DNA of 64,000 bases from Promethearchaeota archaeon (GTDB lineage Archaea; Asgardarchaeota; Lokiarchaeia; Sigyniarchaeales; SOKP01), in the NCBI GenBank assembly GCA_016840085.1, contig JAEOTA010000073.1, positions 32,001-96,000 of the forward strand, given 5' to 3'. Positions within the stretch are counted from its first letter, which is position 1, and the number at the start of each line of letters is the position of its first letter. Shown here one piece after another: positions 39,505-49,963 of this stretch. The notes under the pieces are model-generated. The model searched no databases. It saw nothing but the letters and a program-made list of their open reading frames with translations, and was not told where the DNA came from. The translations under genes were made by a program, and so were the position numbers.

Positions 39505-40389
39505 ATGTACTTTTGGGAGAGTGTAATGAAATTATATAATATTAGCGAAAAAGGAGAATTAAATGAATTAGATGAATTAGATTTTGAGGAAATCGATGTT
39601 TATCTTGTTGATGATGAGGAAAGAAATACAATATATATTTGGGTAGGACTTAAGGTACCTCAAGATAAAAAGGATATCACAGCGGATATTGCAAGAAAAA
39701 TAGATAAAGAACGTGGAGGATCAGCAAAAATACTAATTATGAAGCAAAAAAGAGAATATGGTTCATTTTTAGCTATGATGCATGATCTCAGAAGAGGTCG
39801 AATTCCAGGTAAGACAATCGAGCGAAGACCAGAACTTGTTTTGAAGAAACCATCAGAACTTATTCAACCTTCTATCAAAAAAGAACCCGAAAAAGATAAA
39901 AAACTTGCTCACGCTTTTATCCCAATCGAATCCGTTAAAGAGTATAAAGCTCTAAGTGAAATAAAAATTACACCTGAGATGCGAATAGAAAAATGGTTAA
40001 CACAACTCAAAAAATATAGAAGTTTTAAGCCAGAAAAAGCAATTGAAGAAGAAAGAGAACAAGAGGAACTAGAAAAATTAGTGAAACCAGAAGTACTGGA
40101 AGAACCCGAAGAATTGAAGGAGACTGACTTAAAAAATCAGGTTAAAGAAGCTGCTTATTATCTTTCTCAGAATGGATACACCTATGATGAACTTTGCTGG
40201 TTATTAGCAGAATTAATCCAGAAAACGAACCTTGAAATGCCTTCAATTGAAGATATAAGAGAAAAAGCAGAAGAAGTGTTTAATTCAGGTTGTAATTACG
40301 ATGAGCTCTGTTGGCTCATCTCGGAGATGGACATACTAACTAGAGAAAGCTTACTTGAAGAAAAGAAGCGAAAGATGTTTCAATACTAG
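39505..40389 (+). CDS. Single gelsolin-domain protein with duplicated helical C-terminal domain (1DGelX-like); start may be ATG 39526
   Basis: DVYLVDD...TIYIWVG...ARKIDKE...EYGSFL gelsolin repeat; repeats VKEAAYYLSQ..YDELCWLLAE and IREKAEEVFN..YDELCWLISE. Confidence 0.75.
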   Translation: MYFWESVMKLYNISEKGELNELDELDFEEIDVYLVDDEERNTIYIWVGLKVPQDKKDITADIARKIDKERGGSAKILIMKQKREYGSFLAMMHDLRRGRIPGKTIERRPELVLKKPSELIQPSIKKEPEKDKKLAHAFIPIESVKEYKALSEIKITPEMRIEKWLTQLKKYRSFKPEKAIEEEREQEELEKLVKPEVLEEPEELKETDLKNQVKEAAYYLSQNGYTYDELCWLLAELIQKTNLEMPSIEDIREKAEEVFNSGCNYDELCWLISEMDILTRESLLEEKKRKMFQY

Positions 40390-40540
40390 AATTTGTTGTA
40401 AGTATAAGGTAACAAAATAAAATTTTTCTTAAAATTAGAATTTTAAACAAGCAAATTCTATCTTATTTAGTAAAAGCCATATTTTTAAATACATATATAT
40501 ATTTATTTAAAGATAAAATCTACAAAAAGAGGTAATAATA

Positions 40541-41158
40541 TTGGCAAATAATGAAGAATTAAGTGATGAAGTATTTTGGAAAAACAAGATTAAAGAACAT
40601 TGGAAAACATTTGCGATCATGATTGCAGCTGGAATTTGTGTGATGATCGGTGCACTATTAGTAGTGATTTGGTTTATTGAAACCTCTACTCTTGGTGGCA
40701 TGGGTGAATGGACTTTCAATGATTGGACGTTAAACTATGTTGTTGGTTTCATTATCTTGATAATTTTATGGGAGCTATTGTTTGTGGGTATTCCAACGGG
40801 ATTATTTTTTGGCATTGGTGGGTATTTATGGTGGCGTAGATTACCTGATGAAGAGAAGCAAGAATTTAAAGATCGAGATAAAAAAGAAAAGGAACATAAA
40901 GGTTTAAAAACGGGTGGAGGCGGTGGTGGATTTGGACTCGTTATGTTTATTGCTTTCTGCATGTATGTAGCAATTGATGGGAAATATAACACTAAATTCG
41001 GTGCTCTCAATCAATTCGGTGATCCCATTATGCCATATAGTTATTTCATTTATTCTTGGTTGCTAACATTTATGTGGATGATAATAGTTCTTGGTATTCC
41101 AGCGGGAATAGTTCTTCTAATTGTATATTTTACAGTTTGGAGAAAAAAAACAGTATAA
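40541..41158 (+). CDS. Hypothetical 4-TM membrane protein
   Basis: Four hydrophobic helices, Gly-rich loop, GAGG RBS before TTG. Confidence 0.7.
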   Translation: MANNEELSDEVFWKNKIKEHWKTFAIMIAAGICVMIGALLVVIWFIETSTLGGMGEWTFNDWTLNYVVGFIILIILWELLFVGIPTGLFFGIGGYLWWRRLPDEEKQEFKDRDKKEKEHKGLKTGGGGGGFGLVMFIAFCMYVAIDGKYNTKFGALNQFGDPIMPYSYFIYSWLLTFMWMIIVLGIPAGIVLLIVYFTVWRKKTV

Positions 41159-41227
41159 AAAATAATTTTTTTTCTTTTTCTTAAATCTAGTAATAACTTC
41201 AAATTAAAGAAAGTAGTAATGAAAGAT

Positions 41228-43528
41228 TTATTCTATAATTGGCTGAAATATGTTTTTTTCTATTAAATCCATAATGCTATCAATATCTTTTGGTGAACAT
41301 GTTTTTTCAGGCAATAATGATGCTATATAAAAATAATTTTTCTTAGTTTGCTTCATAAATAAGAGTGCTTTATTGATATAAATTCTTTCTTCCTGTTTGA
41401 TTTTAATTTTTTCTGAACTTGCTTTTGTAGCTAATTTAAGTGGATATATAAATGTTATATTAAGATGCTCTCGCAACAATCCTTCTATTCCTTTAAAGGC
41501 TTTAATATCTCCGTTGAACTCATCTACTAGATTACCGTATTCTTTATAAATATCATAAGCTAAGTCTTCTAATGAATACAAAAAATTTTTTGAGGGAGAT
41601 TCACTCATAATCAAAATTAATCTAAGATTTACAAATTCTGTCATTAAAACAATTGAATTTGCATAATCTAGTTTGATAGTTTGAGACCGATCGTCAACTT
41701 TAATTAACTCAATTCCAAACTGGTGAATTGCCTGTAAAAATCCTGATATGAGTGTACCGTTCATCTCTTTTCCTGTGAATTTTTGTTCATACACATTTAA
41801 TCCTGATTTCTTATCAGCGACCATAAGGTAATCCAGATTTAAAATATCCATGCATTTTTTAAAGATTTTTTGCGCTTCCTCTGCACGTTTAATTCTCAAA
41901 GATCTAACTAATCTGTATGAAACAAAACCCGTTAATGTTGCGCCTACTGAAGCCACTACAATTAATATGATTAACCATGGATTTATAGGAGCTCGAGATG
42001 TAGGTTCCGAGGGAGGTGCCTCAGGAATAGAAATTGAGAATACTTGAGATTGAACACCCGCATCTGTATTATTATTCCAATAAACTTTAGCAATATAAGT
42101 TCCATTAAGGTAAGTTGATGGTATATCGAATGTAAAAACTATTTCTTCAGAGATAACTTTTTTTACTTCGATAATTTTAGAAAAACCTAACGTATTAATT
42201 AATACAAATGTAAGATTGCCTTGTATAATTGGGGGTTTAACAGAAAATTGCATTTGTTTTTCTATCTCCCATTCAGTATTTGGAAAAATTAAATTAAAAT
42301 TAAAATTGGGAGAATTTGCTGTAATTTTCCACTCTGCTCCTTCTTTTATTGTGCTATTAGTTATGATAATGAAGTGATTTGCTTCATTTATGTTTACATT
42401 TGAAGTTATATTCTCCCATCCCTCTCCTAACTTTCTAAATACTGCTAAATTATTCCAATTTCGTGGATAATCAAATTTAACGGAAGTATCACCGTTATAT
42501 CTAGTAATCATAGGAGTAAGGGTCCATTCATTATTTATATTCTCTTCAACTAAAACAACACCGTTTGATAAAAAGATATTATCTAAATTAATAGTATAAT
42601 TTAAATTGAAATTTAATTCTACTGAAAGGTTATTGTTGATTGGGAGAGTAAGAATTGCCTCATCAAGGGAATATGATAAGCCTGAATGATTTAGATGTCC
42701 TGTACCCATGATGGGGCCATCCCAAACTTTATGAGATTCCCCATGTATTTCTACTGTTAAATTAATACTCTCTGGATTATAAGTTGTATCTGTCTTTTGA
42801 ATTAATTTATGTAAAAAAACTCTATTTTGTTCACCAGTTTGCCATGATCCACTTTTATATTCCCAACTAAATAAATCAGGATATTTAGGATTAAAATCAT
42901 TATTAAACCAGCGATAATAGGGCTGTGGAGCCTGACCTATCTTAGTACCATTTAAAACTAAACAATAATTTCCAATAGGGAGATTAATAGGAGATGGAAA
43001 AATTTGCTTATACCAATTGAGATTTGGGGTGACATTAATTTCAATTTGGGAATCAGGTATTATGTTAGTAGGTTCTTGTAAGATTGAGCTATAATTATTT
43101 AATTGCACAAAAATTCCTGTAAACATAGTAGGAGCTCTGTGGATGTACATTTCAACACCATAAAGAGTTGTAGGTTTAGAAATATTGATTTGTACTGCTA
43201 AACCGTGACAAAATTTATCAACAGTTAAAACAGATGTGTCATTGTTTTCTATTGTATTAATTTCACGTTCTAGTTTTATATCAGTAAAATTTAACTCAAT
43301 ATCAGTAATAGTCCAATTTGAACTAGGAATATCGATATTTATTGAACTTATATTAGATTTTTTGTCATTTAATTCTAAGAATTCATTCATTTCAAATTTT
43401 GAATTAATTGGTAAGGAATCACCATTTACTTGAGCGTGAGATAGATTTACGATTTGAAATAGGCTTAATAGTAAAATTGAAGTAAAAATAGCAGTGAGAC
43501 CAAAAATTTTTCTATTTGTTTTTATCAC
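41228..43528 (-). CDS. Receptor-like protein: signal peptide, large extracellular domain, single TM, cytoplasmic longin-like module
   Basis: N-terminal hydrophobic leader, many N-x-S/T sequons, Pro-rich stalk, TM WLIILIVVASVGATLTGFVSY, SGLNVYEQ...LISGFLQAIHQF. Confidence 0.75.
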   Translation of the reverse strand: MIKTNRKIFGLTAIFTSILLLSLFQIVNLSHAQVNGDSLPINSKFEMNEFLELNDKKSNISSINIDIPSSNWTITDIELNFTDIKLEREINTIENNDTSVLTVDKFCHGLAVQINISKPTTLYGVEMYIHRAPTMFTGIFVQLNNYSSILQEPTNIIPDSQIEINVTPNLNWYKQIFPSPINLPIGNYCLVLNGTKIGQAPQPYYRWFNNDFNPKYPDLFSWEYKSGSWQTGEQNRVFLHKLIQKTDTTYNPESINLTVEIHGESHKVWDGPIMGTGHLNHSGLSYSLDEAILTLPINNNLSVELNFNLNYTINLDNIFLSNGVVLVEENINNEWTLTPMITRYNGDTSVKFDYPRNWNNLAVFRKLGEGWENITSNVNINEANHFIIITNSTIKEGAEWKITANSPNFNFNLIFPNTEWEIEKQMQFSVKPPIIQGNLTFVLINTLGFSKIIEVKKVISEEIVFTFDIPSTYLNGTYIAKVYWNNNTDAGVQSQVFSISIPEAPPSEPTSRAPINPWLIILIVVASVGATLTGFVSYRLVRSLRIKRAEEAQKIFKKCMDILNLDYLMVADKKSGLNVYEQKFTGKEMNGTLISGFLQAIHQFGIELIKVDDRSQTIKLDYANSIVLMTEFVNLRLILIMSESPSKNFLYSLEDLAYDIYKEYGNLVDEFNGDIKAFKGIEGLLREHLNITFIYPLKLATKASSEKIKIKQEERIYINKALLFMKQTKKNYFYIASLLPEKTCSPKDIDSIMDLIEKNIFQPIIE

Positions 43529-43620
43529 TTTTCCATCAATACTACTTTTATTATATATAATTATACCAAATTGTCTCCTTTTATTTCACACAACCAATTA
43601 TGGAATTAATTAGAGTGAAA

Positions 43621-43862
43621 AAATATAAATGATTATTTTATAATTTATTGAAATTGTAACCTATAGTTTTTGTCTTATCTAATATATTCTTTATAGGTCT
43701 CTCTATAAAGAAATTTATACTATTTATATTTTTGTCAAGTGAACAAATATAAATGATTATTTTATAATTTATTGAAATTGTAACCTATAATTTTTGTCTT
43801 ATCTAATATATTCTTTATAGACATCTCTATAAAGAAATTTATACTATTTATATTTTTGTCAA
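43621..43862. repeat. 118-bp tandem direct repeat (124-bp period), each copy with a 10-bp-arm palindrome
   Basis: 43621-43738 vs 43745-43862, 4 mismatches, 3 of them in the spacer of TTCTTTATAG-N6-CTATAAAGAA. Confidence 0.9.
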
Positions 43863-44083
43863 AAAAATAAAAAAATTCATAACTAAAATTCTTCAAGTAA
43901 ATTGAAGAATTATTGGTGTTTAGTGAATTCAATTCAAATTTAAACTTAAGTTATATTCAAATAACTAGATCTATGTATTGCTTCTCAATGGATTAAGATT
44001 AATATTTTATTATAGGTTTAACCTTTTTTAATTTAGCAATATAGATCTATTAAATAAATTATTCTATTGTAAAGTGAAATAAA

Positions 44084-45370
44084 ATGATAAGAAGAACAAC
44101 TGAAGGGATGCGAGATTGGTTTGGTATGTTTCCATCAGTGACATTTGGTGCTGGAAAATGCCATTTGATAGGCAGCATGGCTAATACAGGTGTAATTGAA
44201 ACTAAAGACGGACTTGTAATATTTGATCTCCCTATAAAACAATTTGCAGAAAGAACGTTCAGAGAAGTTAGAAAACGCACAAATAAACAGGTGAAATACA
44301 TAATATATTCTCATGGTCATTTTGATCATGCATTTGGGTTTGCACCTTTTATAGAAGAGATTAAGGAGAAAGGGTGGGAAATACCGCAAATAATTGCCCA
44401 TGAAAATTGTATAAAACGATTTGAAAAATACAAAATGCTAGATAACTATCATAATTGGATAAATAAGATGCAATTCGCTTCCGTAGCAGGAAGAAGACAA
44501 GGACTCCTTGTTACTGCTCTTGAAACCTTAGAACCTACTATAATTCTTAAAGGTAATGAAGATTCCTATTTTTTTAAGTTAGGGGATATAAATTTTGAGA
44601 TATATCATGATAAAGGAGAAACTGATGATTCAATTTGGCTATGGGTTCCTGAGAAGAAGACCATCTGCACGGGAGATTTATTTATATCCTCATTTCCCAA
44701 TATTGGTAATCCCTATAAAGTTCAACGTTACCCTAAAGGCTGGGCTATAGCGATGGAAAAAATGATGGAAAAAGAACCTGAATATTTAGCTCCGGGTCAT
44801 GGTCCTTTAATTGAAGGTAAAGAAAAGGTTAGGGACTCATTATTAATTACAGCTGAAGCTATGCATTTTGTTCATGATGAGGTGGTGAAAAGATTAAATG
44901 AAGGGAAATGGTTTGAGCAAATATTTCATGAAATGATGGAAATCTTTCCTGATAAATTCAAGGACCATGAGATGTTGAGACCTATGTATGGATGTTATCG
45001 CTTTGCTATACATGCAGCTTATCGTCTTTATCATGGTTGGTATAATAGTGGAAACCCTACTGATCTTTTCCCATCAAAGTCAAAGGATATTGCAAAAGAA
45101 TTTCTGAAAATTAATTCTGAAGAAAAGTATCTAGACCATGCAAAAAGAATTTATAATGAAGGAAAATTACAATTAGCCCTTCATATCCTTGATGTAATAG
45201 TTAATGGTAGAGATAATACAAATAATAATATTCTTTTAGAAGCGTTGAAATTGAAATTTGAAATTTTAAGACAAAAATCGAATGAGGAAACATCATTTAT
45301 TGCTGCCAATATTATAGATAATGCTGCTCTTCAAATTAAAAATAGAATAAAAGAAAAGGAAAAAAAATAG
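44084..45370 (+). CDS. Alkyl sulfatase-like MBL hydrolase (SdsA1/BDS1 family) with dimerisation domain
   Basis: YSHGHFDH, GETDD, TGDLF...FPN, PGHG, YHGWY..GNPTDL. Confidence 0.82.
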   Translation: MIRRTTEGMRDWFGMFPSVTFGAGKCHLIGSMANTGVIETKDGLVIFDLPIKQFAERTFREVRKRTNKQVKYIIYSHGHFDHAFGFAPFIEEIKEKGWEIPQIIAHENCIKRFEKYKMLDNYHNWINKMQFASVAGRRQGLLVTALETLEPTIILKGNEDSYFFKLGDINFEIYHDKGETDDSIWLWVPEKKTICTGDLFISSFPNIGNPYKVQRYPKGWAIAMEKMMEKEPEYLAPGHGPLIEGKEKVRDSLLITAEAMHFVHDEVVKRLNEGKWFEQIFHEMMEIFPDKFKDHEMLRPMYGCYRFAIHAAYRLYHGWYNSGNPTDLFPSKSKDIAKEFLKINSEEKYLDHAKRIYNEGKLQLALHILDVIVNGRDNTNNNILLEALKLKFEILRQKSNEETSFIAANIIDNAALQIKNRIKEKEKK

Positions 45371-45399
45371 AAGTATTTTTATATTTTTTTATTTTACAA

Positions 45400-46710
45400 T
45401 TAGCGTTCTTTTGGCATTGCTGTTATTGTTTTATCTTCAGGTTCAGGTATAAATTGAAGTACAATAAAAACGCCGATAAATGCAATTAAACTTAAAAGCA
45501 TTCCCATACCTAATGCATGGAGTGATACTAAAGGATTAGCTAACCTTTCTGCAGATGTTGTATAGGGATTTAGAGCATCAGAAATCATTCCTACCATAAA
45601 ACCTCCAAAACTTGCACCTCGTGCCATTGAAAAAATGATTGAATTAGCAGAAGCTCTAATTTCAGTATCATATAATTCAGAAGACCATACTCCAAAAATT
45701 CCATGCAAAGCAAAACCAATTGTAATAACTCCAGCTGCGATAATAATAATTATGAAATTAAAATATGGAAACGCAAATATAGCAAATAATACTCCCCCCG
45801 TAATACCAATTATATTGTCTACTAAAAATGCTTTTTTCCTACCAATATAATCACTTAATAAACCAAACGAAAATAACATGACAGCAGCAATTACCATATA
45901 AATTAACATAATTATCAAAGCAGTACTTGCTGGATCTGAAAAACCGGCATTTGTAAAGAGATACTCGAAAAACACTGGTGCAAAATCTACTAACGTGTGA
46001 TAGGCCATCTCTGCAAACCAGAAAAGTAACGTTAATAAAATAGTTAATTTTAGCCATTTTTTACCAAAAACTTCTTTTATCCTTAGTTTTTGTTTTTTCT
46101 GTTGTTCTTTAATAGTTTTATCATATTCAGACCAGATCTCTGATTCTGGTAAGGCAACCCAAAATAAAATGAGAAATGGAATAGGGAATAGAGCTGTAAG
46201 AAAACAATATTGCCAGCCTAGTGGTCCAATGATTAATGTTGTAACTATCGCGGCAATATAACCTATTACAAAAGTGGAGTGAACTAAGCCACCAGCAGCA
46301 CCCCTCTTTTGTGATGAAAAATACTCGGAAATTATAGAGAATGAAATCCCCCAACTTACACCAAGTCCAGATAACATTCTTAATAGGGCAAAAAGAATAA
46401 AACCATTTCTAGGGACAAATGCGGTGGAAGCAGAAAAAATAGCATCCCACGCTATCGAAAGTATTAATGCTTTTTTGCGTCCAAATCTGTCACCTAACTC
46501 ACCAAATAATATTGCTCCTGGCACTGTACAAACGAATTGTAATGAAATCACTAATCCTATGGCGGCATCTCCCACATTAAAGTAAGTTTTTATTCTTTGA
46601 GCAAGTGTACTTATTAGAACAAGTGAGTAGCCATCATGCATCCAGGCAATTATCGCAGCTAAAACAACAACTAACATAATACCTTTCGAATAAGATTTTT
46701 CTTCACTCAT
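45400..46710 (-). CDS. MFS transporter (aromatic acid/sugar porter-like)
   Basis: GELGDRFGRK, SDYIGRK, SELYDTEIRA. Confidence 0.9.
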   Translation of the reverse strand: MSEEKSYSKGIMLVVVLAAIIAWMHDGYSLVLISTLAQRIKTYFNVGDAAIGLVISLQFVCTVPGAILFGELGDRFGRKKALILSIAWDAIFSASTAFVPRNGFILFALLRMLSGLGVSWGISFSIISEYFSSQKRGAAGGLVHSTFVIGYIAAIVTTLIIGPLGWQYCFLTALFPIPFLILFWVALPESEIWSEYDKTIKEQQKKQKLRIKEVFGKKWLKLTILLTLLFWFAEMAYHTLVDFAPVFFEYLFTNAGFSDPASTALIIMLIYMVIAAVMLFSFGLLSDYIGRKKAFLVDNIIGITGGVLFAIFAFPYFNFIIIIIAAGVITIGFALHGIFGVWSSELYDTEIRASANSIIFSMARGASFGGFMVGMISDALNPYTTSAERLANPLVSLHALGMGMLLSLIAFIGVFIVLQFIPEPEDKTITAMPKER

Positions 46711-46791
46711 TTAAAAGCTCCTCTTTATTGAAAATTATTATATTGAATAGTTAAATATAACCTCTTCATATATTTAAAATTATAAAAAAAT

Positions 46792-48339
46792 CTATGTTGC
46801 AGCAATTCTTTTCGGATATTTTGTTTGGACCTTTAGATTTTCTCGTAATAACGTATTTACAAGTTCAAATCGTTTTTTTCTAAAATCTTTATCATTCCAT
46901 AAATTATTTAATTCAAATGGATCATTTTTACGGTCAAAAATGTCTCCGAAATCATCTAAACCTTTATAAATAGTTAATTTATGATCTTTAGTTATCAGAT
47001 GTCGCAATCTTACATTGAGTATTCCAACCTCCTCATCATTTTCAATTAAACAATAGTCTCTTGGTTGAATTTCAAGATTTTCAGGTTCTTTTAAAACAGG
47101 AGTCATATCATACCCTTGCATATCAGATGGTTGATGGTGTTCCTTTATTCCTAATATTTTTAAGAGAGTTTTAGGATAATCAATAGAACTCATTAAGGCA
47201 TCTGTAATTCCTGGTTTTGTAAGTTTTGGTACTTTCCATATCATAGGTACATGAAATACTCCCATGTAAGTGGATGGTCCCTTGAAAAGCATACCATGTT
47301 CACCCATTAAATCACCATGATCACTAGTATAAACTACTATAGTATTATCCGCATATCCAAATTTTTCTAAAGCCGCTAAAATCTGTCCGATACTGTCATC
47401 AATTAATGAAAGGGTTCCATACGTATAAGCAATAAATTTTTTTGCCTCTTCTTCTGTTGTTTCTCTTAACATAGCTCCTGGCATTACATTAATATATGGT
47501 GCTAAGTACGGATGATTTCGCAAATTCTCAAGGTTATTAAAAGATTTAGGTAATTCGATTTCATCAGGTTTGTACATATCCTTATATTTTCCAGGAGGCC
47601 AAACTGGTTGATGTGGGTCAGGAAAAGAACAATGAACATAAAATGGTTTATTACCATAATCTCCATTCATATGTCTTTCTAAAAAGGCAATAGTTCGTTC
47701 TGTTACATAAGCACTGGAATAGAGCTCTACTGGTAATTCATGTTGAGTAAAAACAGAAAAAAACTTATCAATGTTTTTCCATCTTTCTCGCATTCTTTTA
47801 GCATGTTGGGAGGATCTTTCCTCTAACCAATCCATATAATGACCACATAAACATGCTCCATGGCCTAATACCATTTCGACTTCTCGATATCCATAATATG
47901 GAATTGGAAACTTTTCTAATACAGGATAATCCCCTTCTTGAGGGAACACCCAATCTTGAAAGTGTTCAGAAGATTTGGGATAAGGTTTATTTGGTGCTAC
48001 ATTAAATTGATGATGCAATTTTCCAAATGCAGCAGTGTGCCACCCTCTTTTATTAAGAGTCTGAGTAATGGTCGGGATATTTTTAGATAAAATCATTCCA
48101 TTACTTCGCACTCCATGGACATTAGGATATAATCCCGTTAATAATGTTGCTCTATTCGGCATACACATAGGATTTGTGCAGAATGAATTAATGAAATGTA
48201 CACCTTCATTCGATAATCTGTCAAGATTTGGCGTTTTTAACACAGGATTTCCTGAGCACCCCATATGGTCATATCTTTGTTGGTCAGTTATTATAAATAA
48301 AACATTCATTCTTTCACTCATAATAGCCAAGAATCTCAT
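46792..48339 (-). CDS. Formylglycine-dependent (Cys-type) sulfatase; start may be ATG 48321
   Basis: IITDQQR, CMPNRATLLTG (CxPxR), GKLH, DPH, SDHG. Confidence 0.93.
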   Translation of the reverse strand: MRFLAIMSERMNVLFIITDQQRYDHMGCSGNPVLKTPNLDRLSNEGVHFINSFCTNPMCMPNRATLLTGLYPNVHGVRSNGMILSKNIPTITQTLNKRGWHTAAFGKLHHQFNVAPNKPYPKSSEHFQDWVFPQEGDYPVLEKFPIPYYGYREVEMVLGHGACLCGHYMDWLEERSSQHAKRMRERWKNIDKFFSVFTQHELPVELYSSAYVTERTIAFLERHMNGDYGNKPFYVHCSFPDPHQPVWPPGKYKDMYKPDEIELPKSFNNLENLRNHPYLAPYINVMPGAMLRETTEEEAKKFIAYTYGTLSLIDDSIGQILAALEKFGYADNTIVVYTSDHGDLMGEHGMLFKGPSTYMGVFHVPMIWKVPKLTKPGITDALMSSIDYPKTLLKILGIKEHHQPSDMQGYDMTPVLKEPENLEIQPRDYCLIENDEEVGILNVRLRHLITKDHKLTIYKGLDDFGDIFDRKNDPFELNNLWNDKDFRKKRFELVNTLLRENLKVQTKYPKRIAAT

Positions 48340-48374
48340 TTATGTTTTAAATTAATATTATAATTACAAACTGG

Positions 48375-49910
48375 TTATGTGCCTGCTATTCTTTTAGGAT
48401 AATAACTTTGAGCTTTAAGATTTTCTTGTAATAATTTATTAACGAGTTCAAATCGCTTATTTCTGAAATTTTTATCATACCATAAATTATTCAATTCATA
48501 AGGATCAATTTTACGGTCATAAATGTCACCGAAATCATTTAAACTTTCATAAATCGTTAATTTATAATCCTCAGTAATAAGGTGTCGTAATCTAGCTTCA
48601 AGAGGACCTACTTCCTCATCATTTTCAATGAAGACACAATCTCTTACTTTCTTATTAGGATCCTTTAAGATTTGAGTAACATCACATCCTTGCATATCAA
48701 AAGGGTGGCGTCTTTCCTTTATTCCAAGAAGATTTAAAATTGTTTTTGGGTAATCAATAGAACTTACTAATGAATCTGATACGCCTCCTGGTTTTGTTAA
48801 TCCTGGTACCTTCCATATTAGGGGGAGTTGTAAAATACCATTAAAAGGACAGGGTCCTTTAAATAAAAGACCATGGTCTCCCATTAAATCTCCATGATCA
48901 CTCATAAAAATAACGATTGTATTATCCGAATATCCTAATTTTCCTAATGCCGCTAAAATCTGACCTATACTATAATCTACATATGTTATTGCGGCATAAG
49001 TTAATGCTGTAATTTTGCGAATTTCCTCCTCATTTGATTCGCGTAAAAAAGCTTTTTTAAATGGGGGATGTTTTAAATGATAACCTAAAAATTCATGATT
49101 GTACAAATTGTTTATATCATCAAAATTAGCGGGTAACTCTATATCTTCTGGTTTATACATATCTTGAAATTCATCAGGTGGGTATAATGGATAATGAGGA
49201 TCTGGAAATGAACAATGCAAATAAAATGGTTTATTCCCATATTTTCCTTGAGAATGTCTTTCGAGGAAGGCTAATGTCCTTTCCTTAACCCATGTAGTAC
49301 TATATAGCTCTGTGGGTATAGGTTCACAGAAAAGACTAAATAGATTATCATAATTTTGAACTCTAATCTTCATTTCTTCAGCAATTTTTGGAGCTTTTTC
49401 TTCTAACCATTGTATATAATGTCCAGCACATACAGTACCATTTCCAGAGATCAGCTCAACTTCCTCATACCCATAATAAGGTGATGGAAAGTTTCCTCTA
49501 ACAGGGTAACTTTTATCTTTTTTTAAAGCCCAATCAGTTAAACACTCTGCAGATCTATTTTTATGTTTAAATGGACCTAGCCAATATTGATGATGTACTT
49601 TTCCAATTGCCTTTGTATACCATCCTTTTTTCTTAAGAGTTTGAATAATTGTAGGAATATCTTGCCGTAGATTTATCCCATTACTTCTTACTCCATGTAC
49701 ATTTGGATACACTCCTGTAATCAAAGTTGCTCTATTGGGCATACAAATAGGATTAGTACAGAAGTGATTGGTAAATCTAACACCTTCTTTAGCTAATTTA
49801 TCAAGGTTAGGTGTTTTCACAACCGGATTACCCGCACAACTCATATGGTCGGCGCGTTGGGCATCCGTTATGATGAATAATACATTCATTTTTTCGCTCA
49901 TATAAATCAA
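48375..49910 (-). CDS. Formylglycine-dependent (Cys-type) sulfatase, paralog
   Basis: IITDAQR, CMPNRATLITG, GKVH, DPH, SDHG. Confidence 0.93.
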   Translation of the reverse strand: MIYMSEKMNVLFIITDAQRADHMSCAGNPVVKTPNLDKLAKEGVRFTNHFCTNPICMPNRATLITGVYPNVHGVRSNGINLRQDIPTIIQTLKKKGWYTKAIGKVHHQYWLGPFKHKNRSAECLTDWALKKDKSYPVRGNFPSPYYGYEEVELISGNGTVCAGHYIQWLEEKAPKIAEEMKIRVQNYDNLFSLFCEPIPTELYSTTWVKERTLAFLERHSQGKYGNKPFYLHCSFPDPHYPLYPPDEFQDMYKPEDIELPANFDDINNLYNHEFLGYHLKHPPFKKAFLRESNEEEIRKITALTYAAITYVDYSIGQILAALGKLGYSDNTIVIFMSDHGDLMGDHGLLFKGPCPFNGILQLPLIWKVPGLTKPGGVSDSLVSSIDYPKTILNLLGIKERRHPFDMQGCDVTQILKDPNKKVRDCVFIENDEEVGPLEARLRHLITEDYKLTIYESLNDFGDIYDRKIDPYELNNLWYDKNFRNKRFELVNKLLQENLKAQSYYPKRIAGT

Positions 49911-49963
49911 ACAATAGAATTGTATGAAATTTAAATACTAAAAACATTCTTTCTTGTATCAAA

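Noticed and set aside
43621-43862. Repeat considered as a CRISPR array or IS ends
   Set aside because: Only two long units, no unique spacers of CRISPR size, no cas or transposase gene in the window
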